DNA of 58,437 nucleotides, the filler included, from Basidiobolus ranarum (taxonomy: Eukaryota), in assembly GCA_040143965.1 (NCBI GenBank). It is 3 parts of 3 records of this genome, joined end to end, with 100 filler letters (N's around TTAATTAATTAA, not from the genome) between each part and the next. Parts side by side here need not be neighbours in the genome. Positions count along the whole stretch, not along the records: positions 39,085 to 58,437 come from JASJQH010000252.1; 2 more parts are not named here. One strand, given 5' to 3'. Made by a program: the position numbers and the translations under genes. Below, piece after piece: positions 40,490-53,633 of the stretch. The notes beneath the pieces were generated by a model. That model saw only the letters and a list, made by a program, of their open reading frames with translations, did not search any database and was not told where the DNA came from. Positions within the stretch are counted from its first letter, which is position 1, and every line of letters begins with the position of its first letter.

Positions 40490-43400
40490 TCACTTTCGGA
40501 ACAAGGTGGGGAAGAACTCGATTATTAAGTTCAACTCATCTAATAACTGTTGTTGAGCTTCATTCTGGTTTCGACTACGAATCCTGCCATGAGGTGCATG
40601 CATCGACGAATTAATGCCAAGATACTGTTCGATCGCTTCGATGATTCTCAAAGTCTGGTCAAATAATTTGTTACTAGTGACAACACTAGAAGATACATAA
40701 TCAAAGCTAGGTCTCCGAGATTCAACAGAATTAGGCGTACGAGGAGAGTTGGGTGCACTATGATGGGATAAGCCCAAGGGCTCAGTATTTACAGTTAGAT
40801 TGGAGTTCTTGCGTTGTCGGAAATTTGATTCCGTTTCAATATTAATCGTTGGTGGGTCCTGGAATGGATTTTCATTCTGTGGAGAATTGGAAAAATCTGG
40901 CGTTGTGGGTTTAGATGAGGAAGAAAACGGGCTCGGCGATGGGGTCAGTCTATCAGACTTGGAATACTTGCCTTGGCTCACTAGTGGCCTAGATCCACCC
41001 CAGGGCTTCCACTTGGGCCTACTATATGCTGATTCAGGTGAGGATATTCCAGGATAACGATTTGGACTCATGGATTTTACTACAGTATTACGGAAATGAA
41101 CCACCCCACTATTCGATTGTAGCTTGATATGCAGATAGGACTGGAAATAGGGAAAAGTCGGGTGCTGGTAGAGTGTAAGAAATTCGAGAAAGGACCACAT
41201 CACATATTCAAATGGCTTCAGTGAGACCGATGGGTCGGGAAGAAACCCTTTAACGGGAGACGGAAGGATCGATGCAGTTGGGCTGGGGGGAACATCATGA
41301 GAGCCTGAGCCTGCTTTAGGAGACCAGATTGATTGATGGTTATCGCTATTAGCGTCAATCAGTTGGCTTGTTGAAGCAAGTCGATGAATGAAGTGGGATA
41401 AATCTGCCCAAATCCCTGCATCGGCAGCGAGGTAGCAGTCACTTCGGAGCATGGTAATCTTCAGTGCAATAAAGTGAAGCATCAGCATTGCTGAGGCTGA
41501 AAATGTGTGCTGTGTGAGTGATTGGGTAACTGATTCTGTACTACTTGCTTCAGGCATGGAGGATATCTGGAGATTAGAAAGAGACGAAAGCTTGGACAAA
41601 ACGTCCACTGCACGAAGACAGTTTCTCGTCAAGAACTTGATAATGTTCATCCAATGTTGAATGGCTCGCTGCTGCCCCTCTTTGTCAAAGAGTGGTGATG
41701 TGCGAACCAGATAGGGGCTGACATCCAGTCTCAAACATATAGGGATTATTATGCGTCTCATGGTGATGGGCGAAAGTATAATTTTGTTTAACTCTTCAAA
41801 AGTATCTACCTTAGTATACACAGTCATTACACAGAAAAGATTGACTAAAGTATCGCAAAAGGTCACGAAATGTTTGTGTCGCTCGCCAATCTCCTCACGT
41901 GTGATTATGGAAAAGCTGGGATTGATGAATCTCTCCAGTAGCATGTGGTAAAAGCCCGATTTCATTCTTTTGTGGTAGCGTTGTACGACAAGAGTGATGC
42001 TTTGTAAGATTCCACTAAAATCGCACGACTTTTGGTAGGTTCTCAAAGTAGGTGCTAAGTGTTTGAATATTATGGACATTGCAGAGCTGATCTCTTCGAT
42101 ATTCTTAAGTGGAAATATCGTCTCGACGATAAAATCTCTGATCCAATCGGATGAGACGAAGCCTTTGATTGTATTATAGTCGCGTAAAACCGATTTGATA
42201 ATTGCACTGAGACTTTCGTACTCCACAGTACTAAGTGGGAATCCCAATTGAGCATAAGTTTGAATCAACTGTAGAAACTCTACTTTGATGACTACGTGGT
42301 CGTTTTGCTTCCAATTTTTCTTGCGTGTGGTATTCGTATTAAAGGTGGTACTCTGTTGTTCGAAGTTCATGTCCTCATTAGCAGCTCGGTAAACCATTCC
42401 ATCTATTGATTCGAAATTGTCATGCTTATCTCCCGTTGAAACTGGTTTAGCGTTTCGTGAAAATTTGTAGAAAACATTGACCAAGGCAACAATTCCCTCA
42501 ATGACCAAATTCTTGACTTCATGGCCTTCTTTCACAAATAAAGGTAAAAGATGGGGTAATATTTGTATGAATTGTTGTGCACGTAAGGAACCGGGATCAT
42601 GGGCTATAATAGTCATAAATAGTTTAAAGAGATCTTCGATAGTGAAGTTACTTTTTCTGTGAGGTAGAGTATTACGTAGAACAGCTGCTGCCGAAGTCGA
42701 TGCTTTTGTGAGGTTTTTGACTTGAACTTCAGGCATATTATAGATAGCAGCGTCACCTTCAGAGGTTATTGCCGAAGTGGCGACGCCAAGACGATCAGAC
42801 ACAGGTTGTTCTCTAAGGACTTTCATTAATTTGAAGTAGCATTTGACTAAATGGGTTCCAAATTCTTTTGATTTAGCAAAGGACTTGAGTATTATGGGTA
42901 TCAAGCTTCCCATCGCCTGGAAAATGAAGGATTCTTCGTGAATTTCATAGAATCTACCCCAAGCATATTCAATACTAGAACGTATGGTCTCAGTTGTCTT
43001 TGCTTCGCAGTAGGAACGGAATAGGGCTGGTAGGAATAAGAAGTAGCCTCGACTTGATTTAAACATTCTTTCGAATTTTGTGGCCGTATTAATGTATAAT
43101 ATGATGGCTTGAGCTGCCAAGCCAAGATCGTTAGGATGGCAATGGAGTACATTATTGACCCCAGCTATAATTCGACTGAACTCTTGACGATCATGATATG
43201 TTGAGTGTACCGAACGGAACAGCACTTCAATATACCGAAGCCAAGCCCTACATTGAAGGGTGGAGATAGAATGCAGACCAAGTGAAGATTCTGCATCCCA
43301 ATGTTGATCCTCGAATAACTCTTGGAAGTATGGAGCAATCTTCGGGAAGAACTCCTCCTCAGGGAATCGATCAAGTCCATCCCAGATTGAGCTCTGAATA

Positions 43401-46400
43401 TTTTTCCAAGGAATAGGTGTGAAAAGTTGTACCATTTTTCTCATGAGTTCGACTTCATGGGGGTATCGTTTAGCAAGGCCAGACATAAAATGAGTTTGAC
43501 CTATTCTTACTGTAGCAGCGAAAAATACCTCGGAAGGGACTTTGAATGGGTTCATATCGAATGGAGAGAATTTCATATCACTTCCGCGGGGAAACATAGT
43601 GTTTGGCGTTCCATCAGTAAACCACAATTGCCCACTAGGTTGATAATACACGTCGAGTTTATTCTTTCTAAACTCACGTACAGACAACTGATTGGTTGAA
43701 GGGACGATTTCGGCAAGCAGAGGAGCTACGTAGGAGAATATCTCAAGCCCCTCGTTCTTACCATCACGAGAGTACCATCTCAAATATCCAAGAAGATAGT
43801 TGAACAATACAAAGCCAAATTCTGGTGGACCTTTCTTGTGATAGGCGACAATATTGAGTAGTTTGCTCAAAAGCTCCTGTTGATGGGAAATTTTTGAGTT
43901 TGTCATTCTTTCGAAATATAATTTCAGGAATACGTTGGGATCATCTCGAAGGCAATAGAGAATTGTATTATCAGCTGCAGCTCTTACTGATGAATTCTTG
44001 TCGAATGCAAGCTCTAAGAGTTCTTGCGATATTATCTCAAGAATCGGTACTGTAACAATGGGCACTGGTCTAACTCCACTAGAGTTCGAGGCGTCGTTTA
44101 ATGGCTCGCTACTGTTTAAATATAAAGTTGGCAGTAAGGTAAATGTTTTTCGAAGATCCACATCTTGTTCCGTTTCGCTTTCATCTTCCCAACCAAGCTC
44201 TTGAATCATCTGGATCTCTTTCAAGGAGGTACCATGGTTTCTTAATTGAAGAAGCCATTCAGGAATCTCCGTTGTTGGCTCTGGAGAACCAAGATCTGTT
44301 GGAACAAATGGTAACACTGAGCCAAGGTTGCGAAATGGCCGCGCGTTAGAAGCGTCATGGACATATAACTGAACATTGATACGTAAACGCTGCGAAAATG
44401 TTACATATAGCTTTGTAATTGCATCAATCTTAGATTCTCCGTTTTGACTACGAATGTAATATTTTCGAAATCAGTATACACACAAAACCATACATGAATT
44501 AAATGATCAATATCTTACCTATAGAGCTTTTCTCTCAAAAACGATTGCACTGTTATACTATATTTCTCTGCAAAATGATTTAACAAAAAGGCAGAAGTTT
44601 CCAGTTTAAGTTGATAAGAGTCTGCTAATCCATAATCCCATATATATTGTAAAAATGGGATTACTTCTTCTTCGCGTATACACTGGTGAACAGTGACGAA
44701 TAATTCAAGAATTCTACTGCTTAAATCCCAGGTCTCATGTTGGAGCTTCTCAGCTTTAGCTAGAGTTGTCTTAGAGGTTGGTGCAACTCTTAATATGTGG
44801 CCCATCATTTCAGTAGGATTTTGAATCTGTTCCATCGTAGGGAAATCTAGTGCCTCAACTCCTTGCTCTGCACTGACTCTGGTGTCTGCAGCCTCTTTCC
44901 TCTCCCTCCTGGTTGAAACGCGAGTCCCGGATGACCACAGTATGGTGGTGAATTCGAAACTAGGAGTGGAGGGGCCAGTGCTCGACCAACCATTCAAAAT
45001 TTCTGAGCTCGAATAACTTTGGGATCTGTTACTTTGAAGCGCCTAAAGATAGAGGTAAGTATTGCTCCAAGTATTTAAGATTATGTATATAAAATACCGT
45101 AGCAGAGGATTCCTCTTGAAATTCATAAACCTCCTTCATCTTGAGGTAGCCCAAGTTGGAATTATCGGTCATCTTTTCTTCTGGGTCACCTTCCTGGGAG
45201 GCTTGATCATTCTGTGTCGGGTCAGTATTGGTTTGATAAAGCCAGGTCATGATTTTAGACATCCAGATAGGCCTGATAAATAATGGGTTAAAGAGAACCG
45301 CAACATATATATATATATGATATTAAAGGAACCTTGAGGTGTATCCGGAATACAATCTTATTTCTCTGAATAAACGACAGAGCATTGTCTTAAAAATACT
45401 AGGAATTACAACACCATCCGTAATAGCCTAATTCAAATAAAATTAGTATCCATTTTGATATACAAATCATGAGAAATCTGTTTACCCAAGCCATCAAATA
45501 TTTTGCCAATTTCTTTTCGAGATCAACCAAGAATCTTCGGTGCGTACGTTTAACCTCTCGATCATGCTAGTAAATAACTTGTGATAAATAGGCTGATTAA
45601 AGATTCGTATCCTTTTACTTTAATCACTTACTGAGTTACTTTTCGTTTCTCGAAGACTTTGAATAGACCAGATGACTTCCTGCATCAAAACTAACTGACC
45701 TAAGGTGATTTGTTCACTTTTCACCTTTTGTGGTCCTTCATTTTTGGTATGTGATGGCTGTTCTTTCCTAACATTACTAAGTAATAGGACAACGATCAGA
45801 TCAACATCGCGAAATAATAATTTCTCTGGATTTATCAGCTGATTCAAGGAGTCAAAAAGATGGAGAAAACGCGCGATCTTCTTTTTTGAATTAGTTCTCA
45901 CACATGAGACAAACGGTTTGTAGAACTGAACAGGATAATCAACAGATAATCGAAGAAACAATTCCTGTAGCTCCGAATACCCTGTGAAATGCGTCAACCC
46001 CGAAAGTTTCTAGACATGTATTGAGTATTTGTGGGATTTTAATGATTTTGCTCCTATCTCAACTTACTACAAAAATATCAGGTAGCGTATTTTGAAGCAC
46101 CTGAGCACCGATAGAGGGATTTATTTCGTATACTAAGTGTTGATAAAGACCAACGATTTGTCTTAAATCCTCGCGTAAAAGCTACAACGTAGAGTTAGAA
46201 GAACTGACTTGAGATTGATAGTATAAACTATACACATACCAGTTCCTTTATGGCATTCACCATTTCTTCCTTACGTCCAGAATCCCAGAAATTACATAGA
46301 TATGTATCCAGCAGATATCCAAGTTGCATTCTACTTTTACTTTGTGAACCATGTCGAGATGAATTGATAGAGTCATTAGCCCTAGTCAAGTCATGAGCTC

Positions 46401-48509
46401 TTTGATTAAAGAGGAGCCCAGTAATGAGAAACCGCGCCAACGCACTGTAAGTCTCTGATAGAGTCTTCAAGTGAATATCCGCGGGGACTCTATTACATAT
46501 CAATTTCGCAATCATATCAGGTAGAGTGCCAGATGGCATATCAGAATTGTACCCGGCAATTGAAGGGTCCGACATTATCCTTGAAGCTAAAATATGATTA
46601 GAAGATGGGCAACATGAAGTAAAGAATTTGTGTGATGATTACCTGATCTAAACAATAAATTCAACACATGCTCATAATAAGGAGTATGTGGAAGTGACGG
46701 AGTAAAGTATTCCTATAGAGAAAATGATAAGTGACTGAGCTTGGTTCCGCTAAAGAAATGGTTTATATTACATCATTTAGCAAGGTAAGCACCAGCTTTC
46801 TAACCTCGAAGCTATTATGTCGTAGACACAAGATCAAACCCTCGATGACGATATACTTCCCAATGGAATCTTTATCGCTAATTCGTAAATTACTTGAATC
46901 ATTGATTGATATGTACTCTCCTTCATTCCTAAAGACCATGCAGGTAAGCAAATCGTTCCCGTATAATATTTGAACAAAGGAGAGGGCTTTTTCTCTCAGG
47001 CGATGATTTTCTTCATTGTTTACAAGATTGGAAGAATGTGCGGGTAGCGAGATCGCAAGTACAAACACTATAATGTGTATGATGGCGTGTATAACAGGAA
47101 TGGTCAAGAGATGCTCGGGGGTATTTAAAACAGAATCAAATATCGATTCAAAAATACTAAATGCCCGAAGCTGGTGTAAATCAGAATAGGGTTGGTATTT
47201 TTAACTAAAACATTATTCTTGGAAGAAACACACTAACTTTAACCAAAATATGCTTTGTTGTTAATCGGTGAGCACCCCATAAAATCATCGAATGATATCC
47301 CTGCGATTCCAAGTTAGCATTTAAACAAGACAACAACGAATGCAAGGAACACTTACAATCTCGTCGAATTGGAAATTAGAACGAAGGAACTCGAATATAT
47401 CAAGCGACAGCATACAGTCTTTGACTATTAGTTGAAAAAGCAACCATGTGAGAGATGATTCATAGAAGGTAACAATGCTGATATACAAGTACCGTTGATG
47501 TGTTCCTGATAAAACGGTATAGCCAATTCGCTTAGAATTTCTGCCATATATGGTACACTTGTCATATTCTTATTTTTTTTCAGAATGGACCATAATTTCT
47601 CCAATGATGATTCTTCTGCGAAACTGGTTTGACCTCCTATGCTTATGTTTCCCATCGAAGTCCATTGATCTCTGGATTTGGAAGGATTCCCCGCTATAGA
47701 GGCATTATTTTGCACTGTATTGCCATTTCGATGTATTTTGGACTCGGTAAACAGATACTTATCTAATTCCCGTTGAAAAGTGTGATCCCGTGTCTTAGTA
47801 TGACTCGATGCACCAAACCATGAAAAGTCTTTCGTCCGTTCACTCGACGAAACCCTCTCCTCAAAACCAACACTTTGCCTAACGGAAGGTGTTTGAGAGG
47901 AAAGATGTGATAAATTGGTCGAGTTCCTTTCAAGTCTCTCTGTTAAATCTGTAGGAGTTGGGGATAGCTGTGAAAGATCTCGAGAGTGTGATTTCAACTC
48001 CAATGTGTCTAATTCTACTGGGTAAAAAGCAGAGGTATTTGCATCTTCAACATTGGTGGTATCTTTGAAAGGATCTTCTACAGATTCTACTGTTGCCACT
48101 AGGGGCTCCGTGGGAATTTCTTCTGTTGGTTCAGAAACAACATTAAGACTACTAAGGTACTTCACTATCTCTTGATGTTTTTTTTCACTTATAGACTCAA
48201 GCTTTAACTCTTCCTCGTACCTCTCCAGCTGCTTAGATATCTCAAATCTTGTTGTTTCAACAATATCTTTAATGAAAATCATTAATCACGGCTTGGGTTA
48301 ATATAATTGTCTCTCTGTATCCTTGATGGATACAGCTGTCATCCAAACATACCTGAATGAACATTTATGTTATCGTATGCTCTGTTTATCAATTTTCGGA
48401 GATTTTCTATTTCACTGCTACTTGCAAAGATTTGGTTGTCTGAGGTAGTTAAAATAGTGTTATTTAATGGTGGATTGTCTTCAGAAAGTGGTACTATTGG
48501 TGTACTCAT
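40490..48509 (-). CDS. UNC80: UNC80-like large HEAT/ARM scaffold (NALCN/Cch1 channel auxiliary subunit homologue), multi-exon, over 2000 aa
   Basis: Chain of same-strand exons from MSTPIVPLSED (48509) to a ~3.9 kb terminal exon. ILYCLRDDPNVFLKLYFERMT..PPEFGFVLFNYLLGYLRWYSR and GYFLFLPALFRSY..IEYAWGRFYEIHEESFIFQ match my recollection of the animal UNC80 C-terminal blocks (CL.EDP..F.EKLT..LFNYLVG; AIE.A..QFY.LH.KPF.LQ). Confidence 0.78.
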
Positions 48510-48967
48510 TTCTGGGAAGATACAACAAGAGGTAACAGGAGTGTAGTGTGGTAAGTTTGCTGATATGATTATTCTGCGGTATATACAGGGTTTTAACCTA
48601 AAATTAGACAATTGCAAAAAATAATTAGACAATCATAGAAAAGCATGTATGGAATTAGAAGACATTCATAAACAGTCACAACAAACTATGCAAGTCTGAA
48701 TGATATCGATATATTAGCTAGAATCCTATAATTACCGTTAAGCTGCATGAGCTTATGTATACTAATACTTGGAATACCAAAGTTGGTAATTTGGAATATA
48801 TGGCAAAGTTTAGGTTATATTTGTTCATTTTCTAGATTAAGCGATTTCTTGGATTTCTATTAAAAATGTCTAAAAATATCATCAAACTACTATCACAGGT
48901 ATTAGGGTTTTATTGATCCAAGTAGATAAGATATATCGCAACGTTTGAGATAATGGTCTAAGAGAAA

Positions 48968-50206
48968 TTAGGCTACGGTAGTACCACTGACACCTTCCTC
49001 CTGTCTTTTCTATTAATTTAAAATAATGTTAGTGTTCATCTTGTAACTTGCGCCATTACAACTTGAAGTGATTACTCTATCTAATTCGGCCTTGGTCTGC
49101 TCTTCAATATTACGAATATCTTCTATGGTTAATCCGTACCATTGATCCATCAAACAGAAGAGTTGCTTATGGAATTTCAATAATAAGTTTCTCATGATCT
49201 ACGAAAATATGACAATAACGATTAAGACAATGGCCAGATGAAGAGGTTTTAATGGCTCACTTACACCATGAATAAATGCCTCTACTCGGGTTTGAAGGCC
49301 AAACCATTGGAATTTAACGGTGACTAACTTATAAGCAGTCATAACAGGTTCACAGGTTTTCTAGAAAATCCGAATAGATTAGTAAAGGTCACTTCGCTAA
49401 TTCATGTTACGTTAACAAACGAATTACCATCCAGTCTCCGGTGAGAGGACCTCTACCAGTTTTTTGCGATTTAAAGAGAGTAGGGTCTTGCTCGGGGTTA
49501 TAATCATTTTTATCAAGTTGATCCTTGGCAGCATCCATTATCACAATCTCACGCTTTTTTAAAACTTCTGGCGAAGCACGTACTGCCTAAATAACTAACA
49601 TCAGGCTAACATTCTGAAGATATAGAAAGTGTTTATACCTACATTTTCCAAACCACCTCTATCATCAGGAACGTGCATAGTTTCGGTAATAAGTTCAAAT
49701 TTGTCTTTCATGTATCCGTTCTGAAGAGGAATATTACTATTAATTATTTTACCGGGGTCCTGTTTAAAATAGACTTACAGTAACGACTATATGTTTACAA
49801 CAAAAATCAGTTCAAACATATACTATGATAAATTATAACTGAGTGGGTGTTAAATACCAGTTTTGCAATGGGGATAGGCATTCCATGCTTTTTCCTCGAG
49901 AATTAAAGCACCTGCAGGTGCAAGAGCTCGGACCCAACCGGGAACTTTGCTGGGATGAAGACTGTTGGTCGCAGTGGTTTAAGATGTCATGTTAAGAGCT
50001 AAATACCTTGAAAGATGATATATTTTGTGGGTGTATTGCCCCTTGTTTCCAAAGTCATCGACATAGGGTTCATTTTTTAGCACTTCGACACCTTCACCTC
50101 CGCCCGTCTCGGCTTTCGATGCTTCGGAGACAGAAAAAAGCTGAGCAATTTTGTATTCCTCTAAAGTACAATTAGTAGTGAATCGGTATTCTTTAATGAG
50201 AGTCAT
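48968..50206 (-). CDS. Class I START-fold phosphatidylinositol transfer protein (PITP alpha/beta-like), multi-exon
   Basis: [115 protein letters not shown]. Confidence 0.96.
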
Positions 50207-51609
50207 CGTTTTCGTTTAACAAGGGGATATCTATTGAGAAGGCAAGATGCAAGATATAAGAATCAGCTAAAAACAAGTCTTCTAATTGTCGTGAATTGAT
50301 GATACAATAATATGACACAACCCAATCACCAAAACAAGCATCAATCAGCTTAACCCATTCAAGTAATCATTAGATATGATTGGCTCTTTCGTGGGTATCT
50401 ATGCCATTAGGCTTGATTAAATACCCATCCGATTGATATAACAAAAACCAGTGGTAGGCTCCTAAAACGAGGATAATTGTACTTCTAATATCGAGAACAT
50501 GGGATATTTTTGTAGATGTAGAATTGAAAGGCCAGAGTCGGAATCCTCGAAAGACATCTGGTGTGGAATGTTTGCCTTCAATTCGATATGAAAGAGACTG
50601 ATGTGCATGCTATCCGATTGTTATTATTCTATCCTAAGCTCATCAAACCAACTCTGACATGCAAAGGGTGAGGTAATATACAGGCCTGGTATGAATGTAT
50701 GCACTATACCAACCTCTTTCGATGATGTAAACGATGCGATACCATTGCATCCCCTAGCCCCATACACAGCAAATCGATAACGTCAGATCAAATTGCCTCA
50801 GGCTGTAATAAGTGTAGTAAACAGACACCTGGAGTAGTGATGCCAAGCCTTAGTCGAGTGCTCAGTTCTTGAATCGGATTGAGTGGAATGATTCCATTTG
50901 AGGACATGGTTTAATAGAGATATTGAATGCCTTTTTTGGTTGACTTAATGTTGTGGGCCCATGTTCTTATCAATCCACCTGGATCCGTTCTTTCTGGATA
51001 TCCAATGTCCTGTTTACTATGTTATCGTAGATGCGTTCAGTAAGGCTCTTGGCACTGCAGAGGCTCTGAGAGTTAAGTTCGCAATATACTTGTTCCCTGC
51101 CGAAGTCTCAATCACGTGTTCTCTCCAGACTCCCTATAATTAGGCAAATCCTGCTAAAGCCAGATTGAAAGTGATTCATTCGTACTCAAAAGTTGGATCC
51201 AGTCACCTGGCCCAGCTTGTCAATGATAATAACATCTTCCAAGTATCCTCAGGATTCCATTTGCAGATGGTTGAGGCTATGATTGTATAGTTGTAAGTAA
51301 ACATTAAACCATACAAGGCTATGCTTGGCAAATGAAGAGATCTATCTGAATCTTACCAGTTAGTACCCGTGTGACATAACCTAGGATGAAATTATTTGCA
51401 TTCCAAATACAGGAGAGTTATGATTGATCATGATAATTACATCATGATTGCATAATCGCCGCTTATTAGTTAAGTTAATCACCACCATAGAGCAGTTGAT
51501 GTTTTGTATTGCATTTTGGACAGATTCCAAACTTCATATAAGGAAGGAAAAGTTCCAGAAATTTGAGAAGTAGACATTACAGAGAGTGCAAGCTTGGGGC
51601 TCATAACCT

Positions 51610-51841
51610 GTTGAAGTATTTTGGGAGTTTGTGGAAGTGGTTTGGAGAACTAGAAAGAATAGATGCTTTTCTCTTATTGATTTATTGAGTTGGAAAACTG
51701 ATATTTATAGTTTTGTCAATAGGTAAGCAAAAAACGTGTAGAATGTGTTAAGGAAGATCCCAGGAACATGTGTGCAAAGTTTGGGGCTTCTAGCACAAGT
51801 TTGAAAAATCTATATATCTGAGAACTTCCAAGTAATTTCCT
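51610..51841 (+). repeat. Dispersed repeat, copy B
   Basis: Direct repeat of 52000-52230 (shared gtgcaaagtttggggcttctagcacaagtttgaaaaatctatatatctgagaacttc) and inverse of 1570-1790. Confidence 0.88.
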
Positions 51842-51999
51842 CTTGACAATAGTGAGTGATATCTTCAACACTTTCCAGTCCAAGATCTAAATTGCAAGAG
51901 CATAAGAATTGCTATTGAGCTTAGTGCCATATATCTCAGGTATTCAAAGCATTCTTTTGACATTCATACAATCAAACCACACAGTTGCAAGTGATAATT

Positions 52000-52392
52000 G
52001 TTAAAGTATTTGGGAGCCTGTTGGAAGTGGTTTGGATAATTAGAGGAATTGGTGGTTTTCACTTATTGATTTATTGAGTAGAAAGTTGAACTTTATAGTT
52101 TTGTCAAGATATAAACAAAAAAACGAGTAGAATGTGTTAAGGAAGGTCCCAGAAATATGAGTGCAAAGTTTGGGGCTTCTAGCACAAGTTTGAAAAATCT
52201 ATATATCTGAGAACTTCTAAGTAAATTCCTCATGAGAATAATGGATAATATCATAGTGAAATATAAGATAACCAAGTACTAAGCTATATATGACTATATA
52301 GGTGCTCAGGCAATGCTAGTTTCAACAATATATAGCTTAGTATTTAGTTATCCTGACTATATAGGTGTTTAAGCAATGCTAATTTCAACAAA
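52000..52392 (+). repeat. Dispersed repeat, copy C (longest, with an internal duplication)
   Basis: Matches copy B and the inverse of 1470-1790; tgactatataggtg..gcaatgcta.tttcaaca occurs twice (~52291 and ~52354). Confidence 0.88.
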
Positions 52393-52573
52393 TACTTTGA
52401 GAAAATGCTTAACGAGCTTTAGAGAAGCTTCAGCAGATAGTATTGCTAGAACGAGAGTGGTGAATCTTTAAGGAGTTTTGGACAAACCCTGGATTCTTAT
52501 CTCATCATATTTTTATCAGATTTTCAAAAATTATAGGTTATTAGATATAGCTGTGATAGCTCCCTAAAAACAT

Positions 52574-52593
52574 GTAGTAGTAGTAGTAGTAGT
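52574..52593. repeat. (GTA)n microsatellite
   Basis: gtagtagtagtagtagtagt. Confidence 0.8.
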
Positions 52594-53564
52594 TAGAAGC
52601 TCTTAATGTAGTAGATTTGTTCCTTTTTATCTTGTCAGATAGATCTTCGTTGATTTTGGTCCAAGTCATCCAAAATACTATCGAGTTTTCTCAAGTTTGA
52701 GCAACTACGATGTACTTTGCTCTATCATACTATGCTAAAGTACAATAACGACAGGATGGATCGAACACCTTTCCAGCAATAAGCAACAACACGGCTGATA
52801 ATATTCTGTGCTTAGTGGACTGTTACAGGTATCTCATAATGCTTACCCTGAAAGTTTCGAATACAGTAATTTTGTTTGCAAATCTTAGAAGAGTGAGATC
52901 GTATAACCTACCTGATCGTTGCTGCTAAATCAATAACAGTAACCTGGTGGATTCAGGGTGTGGAAGATATCTTACTCGATGTTGGGACTACTCAGTATTG
53001 CATGCATGGCAGGTTGCATGTTTGCAATTGCGTTGTCTTTTGTCTGATGGTTTCAGTTGGGCTAGTTGTTGGCATACACCCTAGGTCTTAGCTTATTAGT
53101 TCAGACAGCTGACCCATAGTTCTATATATGTCCGTAGACTAGTCCCCCCTCAAATATCGTGATAAGCCGACGAGGGGTCATCGATGTATTGATTCACTGA
53201 TGCGAGCGCTATCAGTTCTCTAATAATATAAATCTGGCTATGGTTTGGCAAATACTGGATAGAAATCAACAACGCATGGGTTTCACTCCATTTAATTGAC
53301 TCAGGATGTGTAGCACTCATGTACAATAGGTAGATCAGCATATACACTTTGATGGAGGTTACGTATGGATGTCAGTTCTAATCTAACCATTGAAATCCTA
53401 GTTTCCTATTATATGAAGAATCTACAGATCTGACTGGTTTTACGGAGTACTGATTACTGGTGACATAAGCTAGGCCTGGCCATGATCATTCCACCATAAT
53501 ACCTAAGTCCCATCTGTTGCGTATACAGAAGCCAGCTGAAAGCATTGGAAATGGTGTAAATTGC

Positions 53565-53572
53565 TATAAATA
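53565..53572 (+). promoter_or_regulatory. Candidate TATA box for the flavin oxidoreductase
   Basis: TATAAATA about 70 nt upstream of the ATG. Confidence 0.4.
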
Positions 53573-53633
53573 AGGCTGCATTGTTGGAGTCAGATTCCAC
53601 TGGTGATCAACAAGCAACCATTTTAACCTTTAA

